Source: Saccostrea cucullata
Taxonomy: Eukaryota
DNA: 64,000 bases
Reading direction: 5' to 3'
Assembly: GCF_032062105.1 (NCBI RefSeq)
Contig: NW_026929376.1
Coordinates: 62,001-126,000, forward strand
Part shown: piece after piece, positions 52,601 to 64,000 of the stretch
How positions within the stretch are numbered: the stretch's first letter is position 1
How the letters are laid out: every line of letters starts with the position of its first letter
The notes under the pieces: generated by a model
What the model was told of the DNA's origin: nothing
Seen by the model: only the letters and a program-made list of their open reading frames with translations
Database searches by the model: none
Made by a program: the position numbers and the translations under genes

Positions 52601-55600
52601 GAGATCTTTTTTGTGCCAACTACTATGACACGGGACCTCAGTTTATATGGTCTCATCTGAAGAACCGGTCTCCACCTCCCACAGTGAGATTGGAACTCGA
52701 GATGTAAGAATCAACCCCTTACTTTGCAACTCTAGAGCAGACGCTCTGACCACTGCACCATGGCATGCGGGAAACATTAGCATGCTAGAGGTTTATGACA
52801 GGATACTTATAACCTCAAGGAGTGTAAGGAATGGTGTTATCTAAGGATCTTACATGTAGGAGTAATGTGACATTATGTGTACATGTATTTATGTACCTGG
52901 AGGCCTGGCTGCTGTGTGATCCATTTCCCAGAGGCACCTAGACAGGAAATGACATCATGTTTATGTGGTTTGGGATATTTTAAATTTTCTCCCACTATCT
53001 TTTGGTCTTCTTCATCATTGAATTGTCGCACTAAAACAAAAACATGACAGTAAATGAAATACAAGACAGAAAACTTAATAAAATTCCTTAAAGTCAGCAG
53101 GCTATCATTGTGAATGAAATATACTGTTTCATTATTTTTTTTTTTTTTACCTCCGTTGTCGATGACAACATCCACCCCCACACCTCCCGTCTCCTCCATC
53201 ACACTGCTGACAAGGATGTTACTTCTCTGGTCAAGGTCAATTATCTGAGCTGATAAACAACATTTAAATTTATAGAAAATAAAATTGCAGTCACCCATGT
53301 GGTGTTGTAGTTACAGTGTTTGCTCTAGCAACAATGTAAGTGGTTGATCCTTGCGTCGCAGTTTCGAATTCCATTACTGGACATGGTGACCAGTAATTTG
53401 AATTAGACTGTTTAAAACAAGGTCCTGTGTTGCATGATTAAGATCCCTCACTGCTCAAATGCAATGTGTTGAGTACATATCATAATTTGTAGCCCTCCAC
53501 TTGCAAGTGGTGGCATCTTGATATGAGTTACAATTTCTAGAAGGGATGTTAAACACAAGCAAACACAATTTAATGCATACGTCTGTAAAATTTAGCATGC
53601 ACTTGGAAAAGTACATGTATCAGTTTAACTAGCTGTACCTATTGGGGTGTCTAGGTTTTCCAGAATGCCTCTTTCCTCATTGCTACTGGCAGTAGATATC
53701 ACCTGAAACCAAGATTCAGAAAATGGTGAAACTTATGATTAAATATTGTTTAAATAATATGTAAAAGTAACTTCAGTAACTGGAAATCTGATTTGAAAAT
53801 TGAAGTAGTAAATATAATATTTATCATATGAATCCTTCAATTAGGATTATCATTTTTGTATTTTTAATGCTAGTACATTGAATTTTCATGCATTGCAATA
53901 CTTTATCCTTCATAGTTGACCACACCTTTGCTCCCCATTGACTAGCTAGCTGTATGGCAACATTTCCAAATGACGAAGCCCCATCTATAATGAGGACTGT
54001 ATCTCCGCTACAGACATGTGCATGGTAGTATAAGGCAGTGTATGCCTTTAGGCAGTCACCAATGCCTGCTACTGCCTCCTCATAGCTCAGGCGTTCTGGC
54101 TTCTTCACTGAAAGTAATGACATAAAGTCAAAACCTTGTTAGCTCAGTAAGACTAACAAAAGTTTTATTTTTCTAAAGTTAAGACTTTTAACTCATTCTG
54201 AAAATTCCTTGTATTCCAGATATTCAAGCTCTAGAAACTGAAGTTCAATAGTTAATAACCTTTTTCAATCTAATTGTTTTTCTAACTAACTCTATTCTGC
54301 TTATCTTATGTTCTTACTTCGAGAAGACAATTTAAAATTTCAGTTTCACTTCAGTCTCAGTCAACTATGGAATTATGAGATTCTACTTTTGAATTCTAGA
54401 TAATATTAATATAAGACGTAGAATTAAAAAAAATTAAAAGACAAGTTATTCTGAATATTCAATTTGTTACTGTATATATATTTTTTGCAAATTTTTAAAT
54501 TTAGAGCAATCATAATCTCCATATAAATTCACATTTTGGCAGTATATATGAACACCTCAAGAAAGAATTTTGCGCCGAACTCTGAAATATGATTGCAATA
54601 GCATTACATCTATATGCTTGTGTTGTACGAGGGTTGATCCAAAAGTAATGTCACAGTGTCCATATCTTTTATATTTGGTGTCATATTATCAAATATTATA
54701 TACCAAAAAATGCACAAATATAAATTTAATTAAACTTTAATTTTTCATTCAATAATGTTTAACTGAATTTACTTTATAGATGTTTAAAACATATAAGATA
54801 GGGGTGTCGCCACGTCAAAACCGAGCGTCACAAATTAAAGTGTACTTTTTTAGTACAAAAAAAAAACAAACACTTAAAAAGCATCTTTTAAAAGCGCCTA
54901 AATGCAAAATACTTTAAAAGACAAAAATTTACATCATTTTCTAGTCTTAAATTGAAAATTATATGACATCACTGCTATTTTTTATGAAAAACATCGTTGA
55001 TTTATTCCGGTGCATTGAAAAAAGGAAATGTCAAAATGGACAAAAAAGCTAAAAACAAACTGTAATGCATTTTTGCTTCAAAATGGAGAAGTCGTCATTA
55101 GAGAAAGTTACGTTGATTCACCAGACTTTCGGAGGAAAGAATGTAAATAAGAGACTTGTTTAATTGGTTTCAGCGATTTTCGGTGGGTGATGGGTCATTA
55201 AAGCCATAAATGGCGTAACTGATCAAAAAAATATTTTTTTTGAAAAATACAAAATTAAGTCAAGAAATATAGTTAATACATTTAAATTAAAACTTTTCAT
55301 ACAATTCTGAACACGGAGAACACCTCGTTTCATATAATAATACGATTTTATCTTCTCTGTAATGTGTTATTTAAATCTTTTGTATTTTCTTCCGAGTCGG
55401 AGAAAATTCCGAGAATCCAAATTAAATTGTGATATCTGTATAACGCAATTGACTTAGATTTTGTAATGTACAGAAAAGTTCTATCTTTATATAAAGTAAT
55501 GATACAACTAATAAGTTCTTATAATTTTAGTCTAATAATTTTTATTGTACATATGCCATATATGGCTTTAAATGCTCAGCAGATGACAAGAAAACCGAAA

Positions 55601-57807
55601 GATGGGAGGGCGGACGGAAATGTTCAATGGTGTGTGACGTTGTCAAAAAGACAGACGTATAGAGCGATATGTGAAATTTTAAGTTGGTCTTTTACTACTG
55701 TTCAATGAATTTTGACAGAATTAATTATGAAAAGAGTAAGTGTCCGATGGGTACTAAGGGTAAGAAAGTGAAATTTGTGAACGTGTTTGTGGATATCAAA
55801 TCTGAAATATTTTTTAATGAAATGAAGGGAAGCGTTTAAATGTATGATGGCGCGTATCCGTCATATGACGTTATTTAGCTGCGGCCACTACCATAATCGC
55901 ACGTTGTATATAATCCGATATTTTGAAAAGTATAAATCATGCTGAATTGAAATTTTCAGGTCTGATTTGAAATAAATGTAGCTTTCATCATTTATAATTT
56001 TGTTGTTTTACGTCGACGGATAGCGATTTTATTGAAGTTGTGACATTACTTTTGGATCAACCCTCGTACATGTATACCTGAAGAATGCTTACCAACATCA
56101 TACTCTGATAACAAACAGTACTCCCCACATCCCGAGTAATGACTTCCTAAGGAAACAATACCTGCATATGAAAAAAGACATCTCATACATATACATGTAC
56201 ATGTACTTGAATTAACTAAAAAACAAGGCTAAGAAAGAAGAAAAAAACAAGAAAGTTTATTATCACACATGCACCTGTTTACAAATTAAATATGTACCTT
56301 TTTTACATACAACTCACTCAGAAAGCATTAAGGAATCTATCATATTCGAAACTAAGGTATAAAAGAAATCTTACCAACAACAGAATCTCCAGTAGCTACA
56401 TTACTGACTTCTGGTCCCTTCTGAGTGACAATGCCAGCCACCTCATACCCCACAATGTAGCGGCTACGTGGATACTTTTTATAAACATCTGATAGAACCT
56501 GTCAACAGACGAAAGATTGTTCAGTCAAATTAGAAAAAGATAGAGGATACTTTTTATAAACATCTGAAAGAACCTGACAACAGAGGAAAGATTGGTCAAT
56601 CAAATTACAAAAAGGTATAAAATTTCACACTTGGTTTTATATATTTACCATTATAGAGTAATAAAATATACTTTGATGTAGGATTCATTTGGTTGCTAAT
56701 TCCATTGATCACCTATAGTGAATGTGTATTGTAAATACAGTGTATAAATGATACAATTAAGTTGATTAAAAAATCTTTTATCTTATTTCTTAATTCACTA
56801 ATTTCTCATCATTAATAATTCAGTTTCAATCTTGAATTTCACTGCGGTGATAAAAGTTTCTTAACATGACCAATTATCAAAGTTGTTTCATGTTTATGTA
56901 TCAACATCTCATTGTGCTTAGATCCCAGGATTTTACTCCAAATCACTCTTAAGAAAGCTAGTAAATTGCAAGACTTGATTATGACCATCTAATTCCTTAA
57001 TCTCTTCAAACAGGTAGATTATGTGAAGACCAACTTCGGGTATTTTTTGATCAATTGTGTACAGGTTCTAATAAGCTTGTCTGTCTGGAAACCTATTCCT
57101 GAAAGGTTCTCTACTAACTGCGATTTTTTTCTGCTCATTTCTCATAAAACTACCTATCTGCCACCTTCCTCTTTATTCTATATAGGCCCATGCTTCCACA
57201 ACTGACAACATCAAACATTTATTGCACTGGAAAGTTTCAATGCAAGTGACTTGTGTCTAGCAATTTTTTTAATGATGTGTTGCTTATGAGGCCTCATAAG
57301 CAACATATACTGAAAAAAGGGAGCATTGAGGATCTGATTTTGATCATGATTTGGGATTTATAAAAGAACTGCAGCTACCCAAACTTGTATTCTAAAATCA
57401 TCTCAAGCAATATGATTACCTTAAAATTAGGTGATGATAATGCACATGCCTTCACCTGGACAACAATATCATATTTATCAGGGATAGGGTCAGCTTCCTG
57501 AAATACAAATACTACATTTTATTTCAAAGGGTTCACATACTGTAGCTTATGTATGGAGAACATAAAAACAAAGTAAAAAAGACTCACTGATACACTTTAA
57601 AAATAAAGAATTTTAAAAGAAATTAGATATATAAAAATGTACATATTATTATTATCATAATGATTGGGCAATACATTTTCTCTACAGAGGTGATACTAAA
57701 TTGATCAGACTGTCAAATAGGCATGATCTGAACAAAAAAGTTACATTAGCTTCTAAAACGAATTTTTGGTTTTGTTCGTTTTGGACGTCCAAAATCAGTG
57801 TTCTCAT
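49625..57807 (-). CDS. CRYZL1: Quinone oxidoreductase-like protein 1 (crystallin zeta-like 1; FERRY complex subunit); 11 exons, ~353 aa
   Basis: Exons: 57807-57745, 57497-57420, 56498-56375, 56161-56093, 54107-53926, 53702-53639, 53249-53151, 53030-52897, 50780-50675, 50565-50520, 49721-49625 (1062 nt). Motifs VQVKACALS, GYEVAGIV, KAYTALYY, LIIDGASSFG, EETGGVGVDVVIDNG, PHKHDVIS.LG and QLDPPD..LFLRG are collinear with vertebrate CRYZL1. Confidence 0.92.
50850..51735 (+). mobile_element. Degenerate Helentron/HINE related to 44642-46139
   Basis: Decayed GATGCTGA.TCTGACCTACATTTTCC repeats and 3' end GTGAGCTTGGTAATCTTTGATGACC. Confidence 0.6.
51885..52765 (-). mobile_element. tRNA-derived SINE interrupted by a Penelope-like insertion
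   Basis: A tRNA-like head on - at ~52690-52760 (TGGTGCAGTGGTCAGAGCG..GAGTTCCAAT) and a body at 52541-52670. The tail continues at 51885-51948 (GTTTAACATCCCTCTTGAGAATTTTTCACTCATATGGAGATGCCACCA) on the other side of the PLE. Confidence 0.7.
51949..52530 (+). mobile_element. Penelope-like (Naiad-type) retroelement, 5'-truncated: RT C-terminus plus 3'UTR
   Basis: The ORF ending at 52317 encodes YLNILLEKDVNGNLTTKLYDKHDNFTFSIVNFPYLCSNIPSSPAYGVYISQLIRYARACS..LKSSFRKFYG. The RT thumb ends the protein with no C-terminal GIY-YIG, as in N-terminal-EN PLEs. Confidence 0.82.
53295..53565 (+). mobile_element. Degenerate tRNA-derived SINE (same family as 51885-52765)
   Basis: A-box-like GTGGTGTTGTAG, B-box-like GTTTCGAATTCC, body TAAGATCCCTCACTGCTCAA and tail GATATGAGT..AAGGGATGTTAAAC. 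Confidence 0.6.
54628..56066. mobile_element. Mariner-like element with decayed transposase remnants in a CRYZL1 intron
   Basis: Perfect 28-bp TIR CGAGGGTTGATCCAAAAGTAATGTCACA with TA TSDs. Frameshifted mariner-like peptide fragments on + (e.g. TVQ*ILTELIMKRVSVRWV near 55700-55755). Confidence 0.88.
56470..56618. repeat. 75-bp tandem duplication spanning the CRYZL1 exon 3 acceptor
   Basis: GGATACTTTTTATAAACATCTGA.AGAACCTG.CAACAGA.GAAAGATTG at 56470 and 56545. Confidence 0.85.
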
Positions 57808-58020
57808 TCTCTCTGCTATAAAGTTAAAAGCTAAAAACCGCTCAGTTTTCAAATCTATCCATTTTTGACATGTGTGTTAACTGGTAAAGTGAAACTAGAA
57901 TGTAGACCGGAAGTTGATCTAACGCCTACTTTTCCCATAAGGCTTTCCAGGTTCCGGTTGTTCTTGGGTGTACTTTGATGTGTTTTTACTAGGATTTTTA
58001 ATAATTTTGAAGTAAATATC
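57808..58020. promoter_or_regulatory. Bidirectional promoter of CRYZL1 and a downstream + strand gene
   Basis: ETS/GABP sites ACCGGAAGT (57906) and, on the opposite strand, TTCCGGT (57952); a strong donor ATG|GTAAGT follows at 58104/5. Confidence 0.55.
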
Positions 58021-59793
58021 GGTTTAGTCTCATTTTTTTCAACAGTAAAAATGATAGTCTACTGATATGCAGTAACGACAAGGATTAATAGCTGCACCGA
58101 GATGGTAAGTATCCGCAATGCAGACAGCTCCGGCAGCCCATAATTAAACCGATTGAAATTTATGTAGCAGCTTTTGTAGCTCAAGGAGATTATTTTCTTT
58201 TCAGTAGGATTATGATGCAGCAGAATTTAGGTTTATCATTAAATGACAATTGACTAAGCACAATTTTGACCTGTGACCGCATGAATAAATCCATTGAATT
58301 CTTCCTCAAGTTACCCTGATTTATATTTGCTAATGCCCTGGTTGTGCACTCGACTGTGTTCTATCACAGTTCACATATGTATTTATTAAATTCCTTTCCA
58401 TTTCATTTTAACAGATGTAAGTGTTATTTACATGAAAAGCAGCTCATCTGTAAAATAGTCTGCAATCTCAAAACTATTGGTATAAATTGGTTTCAGGGCT
58501 TATACATGTTATAGAAACTTCCCAAACTGAGACTTGCAAAAAGAAAAAAAAAATGCTAGACATAAGTACCAAAACATTAAACGCACAGTATTCAAAGATA
58601 ACTGGCAATTTTGAAACTGATTATAACATATAGAATAAAATTTAATTAGAATTGTTGAAGGCATATAAATGACACAACGTACATGATGTACAACTGTTTT
58701 GGACAATGTTGCCTTAGGCTGTTTCATGTTATTGTTAATGATTATTATAGAATTAAATTTATAAATGTAAATTATATTTTATGTTCTCTCTTTTTTTTCT
58801 AAATAATATGCTTGGGACACTATTGGACATGGTAGCACATATGCTTAATAATTTTGGTAGTATAATCAATAACAATGATAGGAATCAAACTTGTGCCCCT
58901 GTTCATATTTTCTTGTAAGCTTTGCAAAAGATATAGTGTAATAGACAACCTATCAAAATTATCTTTTAATAGAAGTTTTCTTAAAATTTTACTCAGTTTC
59001 TAAACTTGTTTCAACAAAGTGAGTTGAACAGTGATTAATTCTTTTTCAAGGATATTATTATTGTTTTATCCTAATGTAATATATCGTGTCCATCTTACAG
59101 AGATAATTTTTAAAAAAATGTTTACTACCTCTCAATCTTTTTTAAAGATGTGATTGGAAAGGGGGAGTTTATTTCTGATAAATATCATAAAAATCTGAAT
59201 TGAAAGCAATGATGTAATTTTAAACATCAGATTTCTATCTTTTGAAAGTTTTTTGTGTAAAAAAAATGTTATCTTTAAGATATTTTGATATTTTACAGAA
59301 TTTGTACACTTCATGCTACACCATTACATCTTCTGTCTGAAGAGTGATGGCAGAAATCCTTTAGTTTGTTTGAAATGTGTTGTGTTTAACAATGCCTATC
59401 ATTGAATTAATTTTGAAAGCTTTATTTATACCTGTTCAGTCATTTATGAACTTGTTTATTTTGGCAATAATAAAAATCAAGAAATGAAATAAATAGATCC
59501 TTAAGTAGTAAAACTGACTTATTAAAACTAATTTTTTCAACAAAGTTGTTCAATATTAAAGTATTTTTTTAAAGATTAAAGATCTACATATGTTTAGTTA
59601 TTTGACAGGCATGATAGAACTTGAAATACACTTGATTTACAATAAGTTCTGGTTAGACTTATAACAAAAAATATTTAGATAATCATTTGAACCAAATACG
59701 TATGGTATTGTACACTAGAAATGAGCTACATAGCGTGAATGGTTTCAGAGAAAAAAATTTAAATGATTTGTGATCTTAACATTTATTTTAAAG

Positions 59794-59851
59794 ATTGTTC
59801 GGAAATAAAGACAGCACAGGGCTAGGAAAAGAAAGATGGCAGCAGCAGCCG
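59794..59851 (+). CDS. Probable first coding exon (M-A-A-A-A, phase 1) of an unidentified gene that continues beyond the window; upstream exon ends at 58104
   Basis: Acceptor TTTTAAAG|, ATG in good Kozak context (AAGATGG) at 59836, donor CCG|GTAAGT at 59852. Confidence 0.5.
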
Positions 59852-60084
59852 GTAAGTTGTGTATTTATTATTTTATTATCCATTCATCCCCATGAAAATT
59901 TTTTGATTCTTCCAAGAGAGAAACATGCTGTCTCCAGCATCTTGCTTTTGCAATTGGCATAACAAATCTGTTTTAAAAAGAAAAACTTGCAGACTGTGAA
60001 AAATCTTCTTGAAAAGATCCAGGAGCTACAAAAAGGGGGAATGTGGAATTTATATTTATCAAGCTCTTAAAAATGTTCCTGATT

Positions 60085-61370
60085 TTTAGCTCTACTGGTC
60101 AGAGACCAGAAGAGCTTATGCGATAGTAATGCGTCCGTCGTCCGTCCGTCTGTCCGTCTGTCTGTCTGTCCGTCTGTCTGTCTGTCTGTAAACAATTTTT
60201 CAAAATGCTACTCCTCCTACAGTTTTGGTCTGATTTCAATATAACTTGGCACACAAGTAGACTACACTAAGATACATAGTTCTGTTTATCGGTTTTTGAT
60301 TTCGATGAACGGTGTTGCCGTTGTTACTAAAAATAGAAATTTCTGTGAAATTCTTTCAAAATGCTACTCCTCCTTTAGTTTTGGTCTGATTTCAATATAA
60401 CTTGGCACACAAGTAGACTACACTAAGATACATAATTCTGTATATCGGTTTTTTATTTCGATGAACGGTGTTGCCGTTGTTACTAAAAATAGAAATTTCT
60501 GTGAAATTCTTTCAAAATGCTACTCCTCCTACAGTTTTGGTCTGATTTCAATATAACTTGGCACACAAGTAGACTACACTAAGATACATAATTCTGTGTA
60601 TCGGTTTTTGATTTCAATGAACGGGGTTGCCGTTGTTACTAAAAATAGAAATTTCTGTGAAATTCTTTCAAAATGCTACTCCTCCTTTAGTTTTGGTCTG
60701 ATTTCAATATAACTTGGCACACAAGTAGACTACACTAAGATACATAATTCTGTATATCGGTTTTTGATTTCGATGAACGGTGTTGCCGTTGTTACTAAAA
60801 ATAGAAATTTCTGTGAAATTCTTTCAAAATGCTACTCCTCCTACAGTTTTGGTCTGATTTCAATATAAATTGGCACACAAGTAGACTACACTAAGATACA
60901 TAATTCTGTGTATCGGTTTTTGATTTCGATGAACGGGGTTGCCGTTGTTACTAAAAATAGAAATTTCTGTGAAATTCTTTCAAAATGCTACTCCTCCTAC
61001 AGTTTTGGTCTGATTTCAATATAACTTGGCACACAAGTACACTACACTAAGATACATAATTATCTTTATCGGTTTTTGATTTCAATGGACGGTGTTGCCG
61101 TTGTTACTAAAAATAGAAATTTCTGTAAAATTCTTTCAAAATGCTACTTCTCCTACAGTTTTGGTCTGATTTCAATATAACTTGGCACACAGGTAGACTA
61201 CCTTAAGATACAAAATTCTGTGTATCGGTTTTTGGTTTCGATGAACGGTGTTGCCGTTGTTACTAAAAATAGGAATTTCTGTTAAAAACTCTCAAAATTC
61301 TACTCCAAATACAGTTTAAGTCTGATTATAATATAATGTGGCATGCAAGTAGACTACACTAAGAACATAA
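60085..61370 (+). mobile_element. Non-autonomous Helentron/HINE with ~7.5 near-identical 156-bp tandem repeats
   Basis: 5' end TTAGCTCTACTGGTC..GACCAGAAGAGCTT followed by a (GTCT/GTCC)n microsatellite. Units start at CAAAAT(G/T)CTACT 60201, 60357, 60513, 60669, 60825, 60981, 61137 and 61293. The 3' end was not seen and appears interrupted at ~61400. Confidence 0.88.
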
Positions 61371-62390
61371 AGAGACTTAATCAAGGATCATTATTCTTTT
61401 TAGGCCAGCATTTTTTTATTTTTAGGTTTACGAACATCAGAATGAAAAAGTCCCGTAGGAGGAGGAAATAAAAAAAATAATAAAATTATATTTTGGATAC
61501 ATTATCGACTTTTCTACATTAATTTTTGCTTCTTTTTTTATGCTCTCCTAACAGGCTTCTTGCCACTGGACACATAAGGGTTACAAAGGGGAAAATACAA
61601 CTGTTACATTTAATTGTTTACTTCATCATCTACCAGTTTGGGGCATTGATATAAATCTTTTGATGTTGGACAAAATACAGATTTTTTTTAAAAAATCAAT
61701 TTTTTAACTCTCTTTTAATATATCTTCATTTTTGTTTTTAATGTGTGTTAGGTAGAAATTATTCTAAAATATTAATATACTCGAGACCTATAAAAGTAAT
61801 AATTCCTTTCATAAAACAGACAGGGAGTATTCCCAAGGAGTATTGAGGAGTAAGGTGGAATTTTTTTCAATTAAGTGTAAAATAATTTTTCTGGCTGCCA
61901 TAATAGATACTACATGCCTGTATATATTTGTATATTCTTGTTTTTAAATAGTTGAAATATTTTATTTCTTTAGGCTATTGTTTATTTCTTCCTCAAATGG
62001 ACTTAACTTCTCCCATAGTTTTATTCATTACATCTGATGCATAAGCGACCCTTTTCTGAAGAATGATGCTAAGACTGTAAGTTATGACAGAAACCTAAAC
62101 AATGTCTCTGACAATAGCTACCACGGGCAGTTTTAAACCTGTGGGAGGAAAATAATTTACAACAGACAGTTACTCTTTTGAATACGGATACATAATTATC
62201 TCACCAACATGTCACTTTGCAACAAAGTCGTCAGCATTTTATTGTTCTCTGAATGGGTGAAATGTTTTGAATGGCACTCCTATCGATAAATATTTACATT
62301 AAACTAAGCTTTAGTGCTGCTATGGACTTGACACAAATCTCCCTTCATTACCCGCCATGTTCATTTAAAACCGGACGTACGAGTTCGTAA

Positions 62391-63905
62391 GGCCAAAGTT
62401 TTTATTTTTTTTGGTTTACGATTTTTTGACACAAAAATATGCATTGGGCGGTCGAAAAATAAAAATAAAAATAATTTGGAACCTTGACATATTTTTTTCT
62501 CGAGTAGCATTGAAATGAATCAAATAAAACTAATAAACACATAAGATTTTTCAACTTTATTATTTTTTCTTACCATTCGGTTTTACGTCAACAAACAAAT
62601 GACTCAAGAACAGAAATGGGAGTATCAGCTAGGCTCTGTTACTGTTGATGGTTTTCATTCTTCCGACTTACAAGTCCAAGTTTTCATATTAGACACATTG
62701 CACTGGGACAAATATGGGTAAAATTAAAGTGAATCGGCTATTCTCTGGTCAGCCTTTTCTTTTATGAAAAAGTTGTTGGAAACTCCAAAAGTGATGGATT
62801 GCTTTCACAACAAACTTTTACCCTAAGATACGTGTGTCAAAGGATCAACCTAGAGTCCTAGACCCATTAAGGAGACTTCCCTTCGATCTCCCTCAAAAAA
62901 ATTTAGGGAGAAGTTTTGAAATTTAGGGAGACTTCTTGGCGCGCGTACATGGCACACATTAATAAATCGTTATAAAACTATTTCATTGTTTATAACTTAC
63001 ATACATTTCAATAATTTTTCTGTAAAACATTGTATTTAAAATAATTAAAAAAGGAAAAAAAAAAGAATCTTAAAAGATATTTCCCCCCAATTACAAGGTA
63101 AATAAATATCTAGAAAAAATCATAAAACAACATTGACATTGAATAAAATTTACTACTACTATTATTAAAATTTAAAAGTTTCTTATTGTCAGATTAATTG
63201 TTTATCTTTTTTTTTTCATTTCTTACATAGTAGCTGTCAATCTTAAACTTCTAAAATTTCTCCTTTCATTAGATTTCCAGGCTTTTGGCAATCCAGGCAT
63301 AGTCATAATTTTGTTAATTTCCCTTCAAACTTATTTTCAATAAAAAATTCTTTTTCTATTAAAAGTTTTGATGCACATCTGCATGCCGATTGAACTAATT
63401 ATGTTTATCGGATCTGGTGTGTAACTTCTTAGAAAGTTAATAACTTTACAATTTAACAGTAAAAATATGTCTGTATTCACAGCATGAATTAATTATTTGA
63501 CAATAAAAAGACCTAAAATCTTCTCCAACATCTTTGGCACGACATCGATAGCTGTCCAGCTGTTTTGCGTCTTGTTGTGTATATCTTGTAACGCTGGACT
63601 TTTCATACTCGGAAGAGTAAAATCTAGAGGAGTTCCGACAGAGTATTCGATGCATTGGTCATTAGTATAGAAATAGTCTGTTTCGCCCCCTAGGTTGGTC
63701 ATTGGTGTCCCGCCATGTGGTTTGGCAATCTGTATTTGTGGAAGTCACTTGAATGGCTTTAATGATTAATTAAGATGTGTTGTAAATTATAAAAACAGTC
63801 ATTTGGTCGAGAAAATTTCGAGTCAGACACATTATTTTTATTTTCGTAAATAGGGAAAAATAGGGTCGGCGGAATCGTAAACCAAGAGAAAAAAAAAGTT
63901 TGGCC
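62391..63905. mobile_element. TIR element with GG termini and TAA TSD (Zator- or PIF/Harbinger-like), apparently nested in a related element starting at 61403
   Basis: TAA|GGCCAAAGTTTTTA..TGGTTTACGATT ... AATCGTAAACCAA..TTTGGCC|TAA; a related left end TTA|GGCCAGCA..GGTTTACGAA at 61403. Confidence 0.65.
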
Positions 63906-64000
63906 TAAATTTGAAATCTCGATCCCGACTCAAATTTGACATCGGAAAGAAAAAATTCTTTTTTTCTCAATTTTATTTTTTTTCTGAAAATTCAAAAACC

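Noticed and set aside
52690-52760. tRNA-like A and B boxes
   Set aside because: No complete cloverleaf; this is a SINE head, not a tRNA gene.
63446-63702. Two overlapping 69-aa minus-strand ORFs
   Set aside because: They lie inside a TIR element with no recognisable domain; at most a decayed transposase fragment.

Overview
This is an AT-rich, intron-rich animal genomic window, very probably from an oyster (Crassostrea/Magallana-like; inferred from a Cg170/BIV160-type ~166-bp repeat inside a Helentron and from bivalve-type SINE and Penelope remnants). It is not prokaryotic, so most ORFs in the six-frame track are exon fragments or noise. Reading the GT-AG splice sites by hand gives six complete spliced genes. 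Two are tandem ferric-chelate reductase 1 paralogs (Reeler-DOMON-cytochrome b561; +7046-14500 and +20849-27289). The others are a type I membrane protein with a SUEL/rhamnose-binding lectin domain (-32786-29543), IRAK1BP1/SIMPL (-43160-40619) head-to-head with jagunal JAGN1 (+43470-48045), and CRYZL1 (-57807-49625). CRYZL1 is head-to-head with the first exons of an unidentified plus-strand gene, possibly intersectin. Introns and spacers hold many non-autonomous TEs: Helentron/HINE, Tc1/mariner, TTAA (Kolobok-like), 9-bp-TSD, TWA-TSD, SINE and Naiad-like Penelope remnants. The most notable observations are: a four-element nested Helentron cluster that probably splits the IRAK1BP1 3'UTR; a conserved structured motif in the Penelope-like 3' ends; a duplicated 3' splice site with an in-frame stop in CRYZL1; a probable gene-conversion tract between the FRRS1 paralogs; and an exon fragment copied next to a foldback element. 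I found no evidence for a wholly new protein-coding system.
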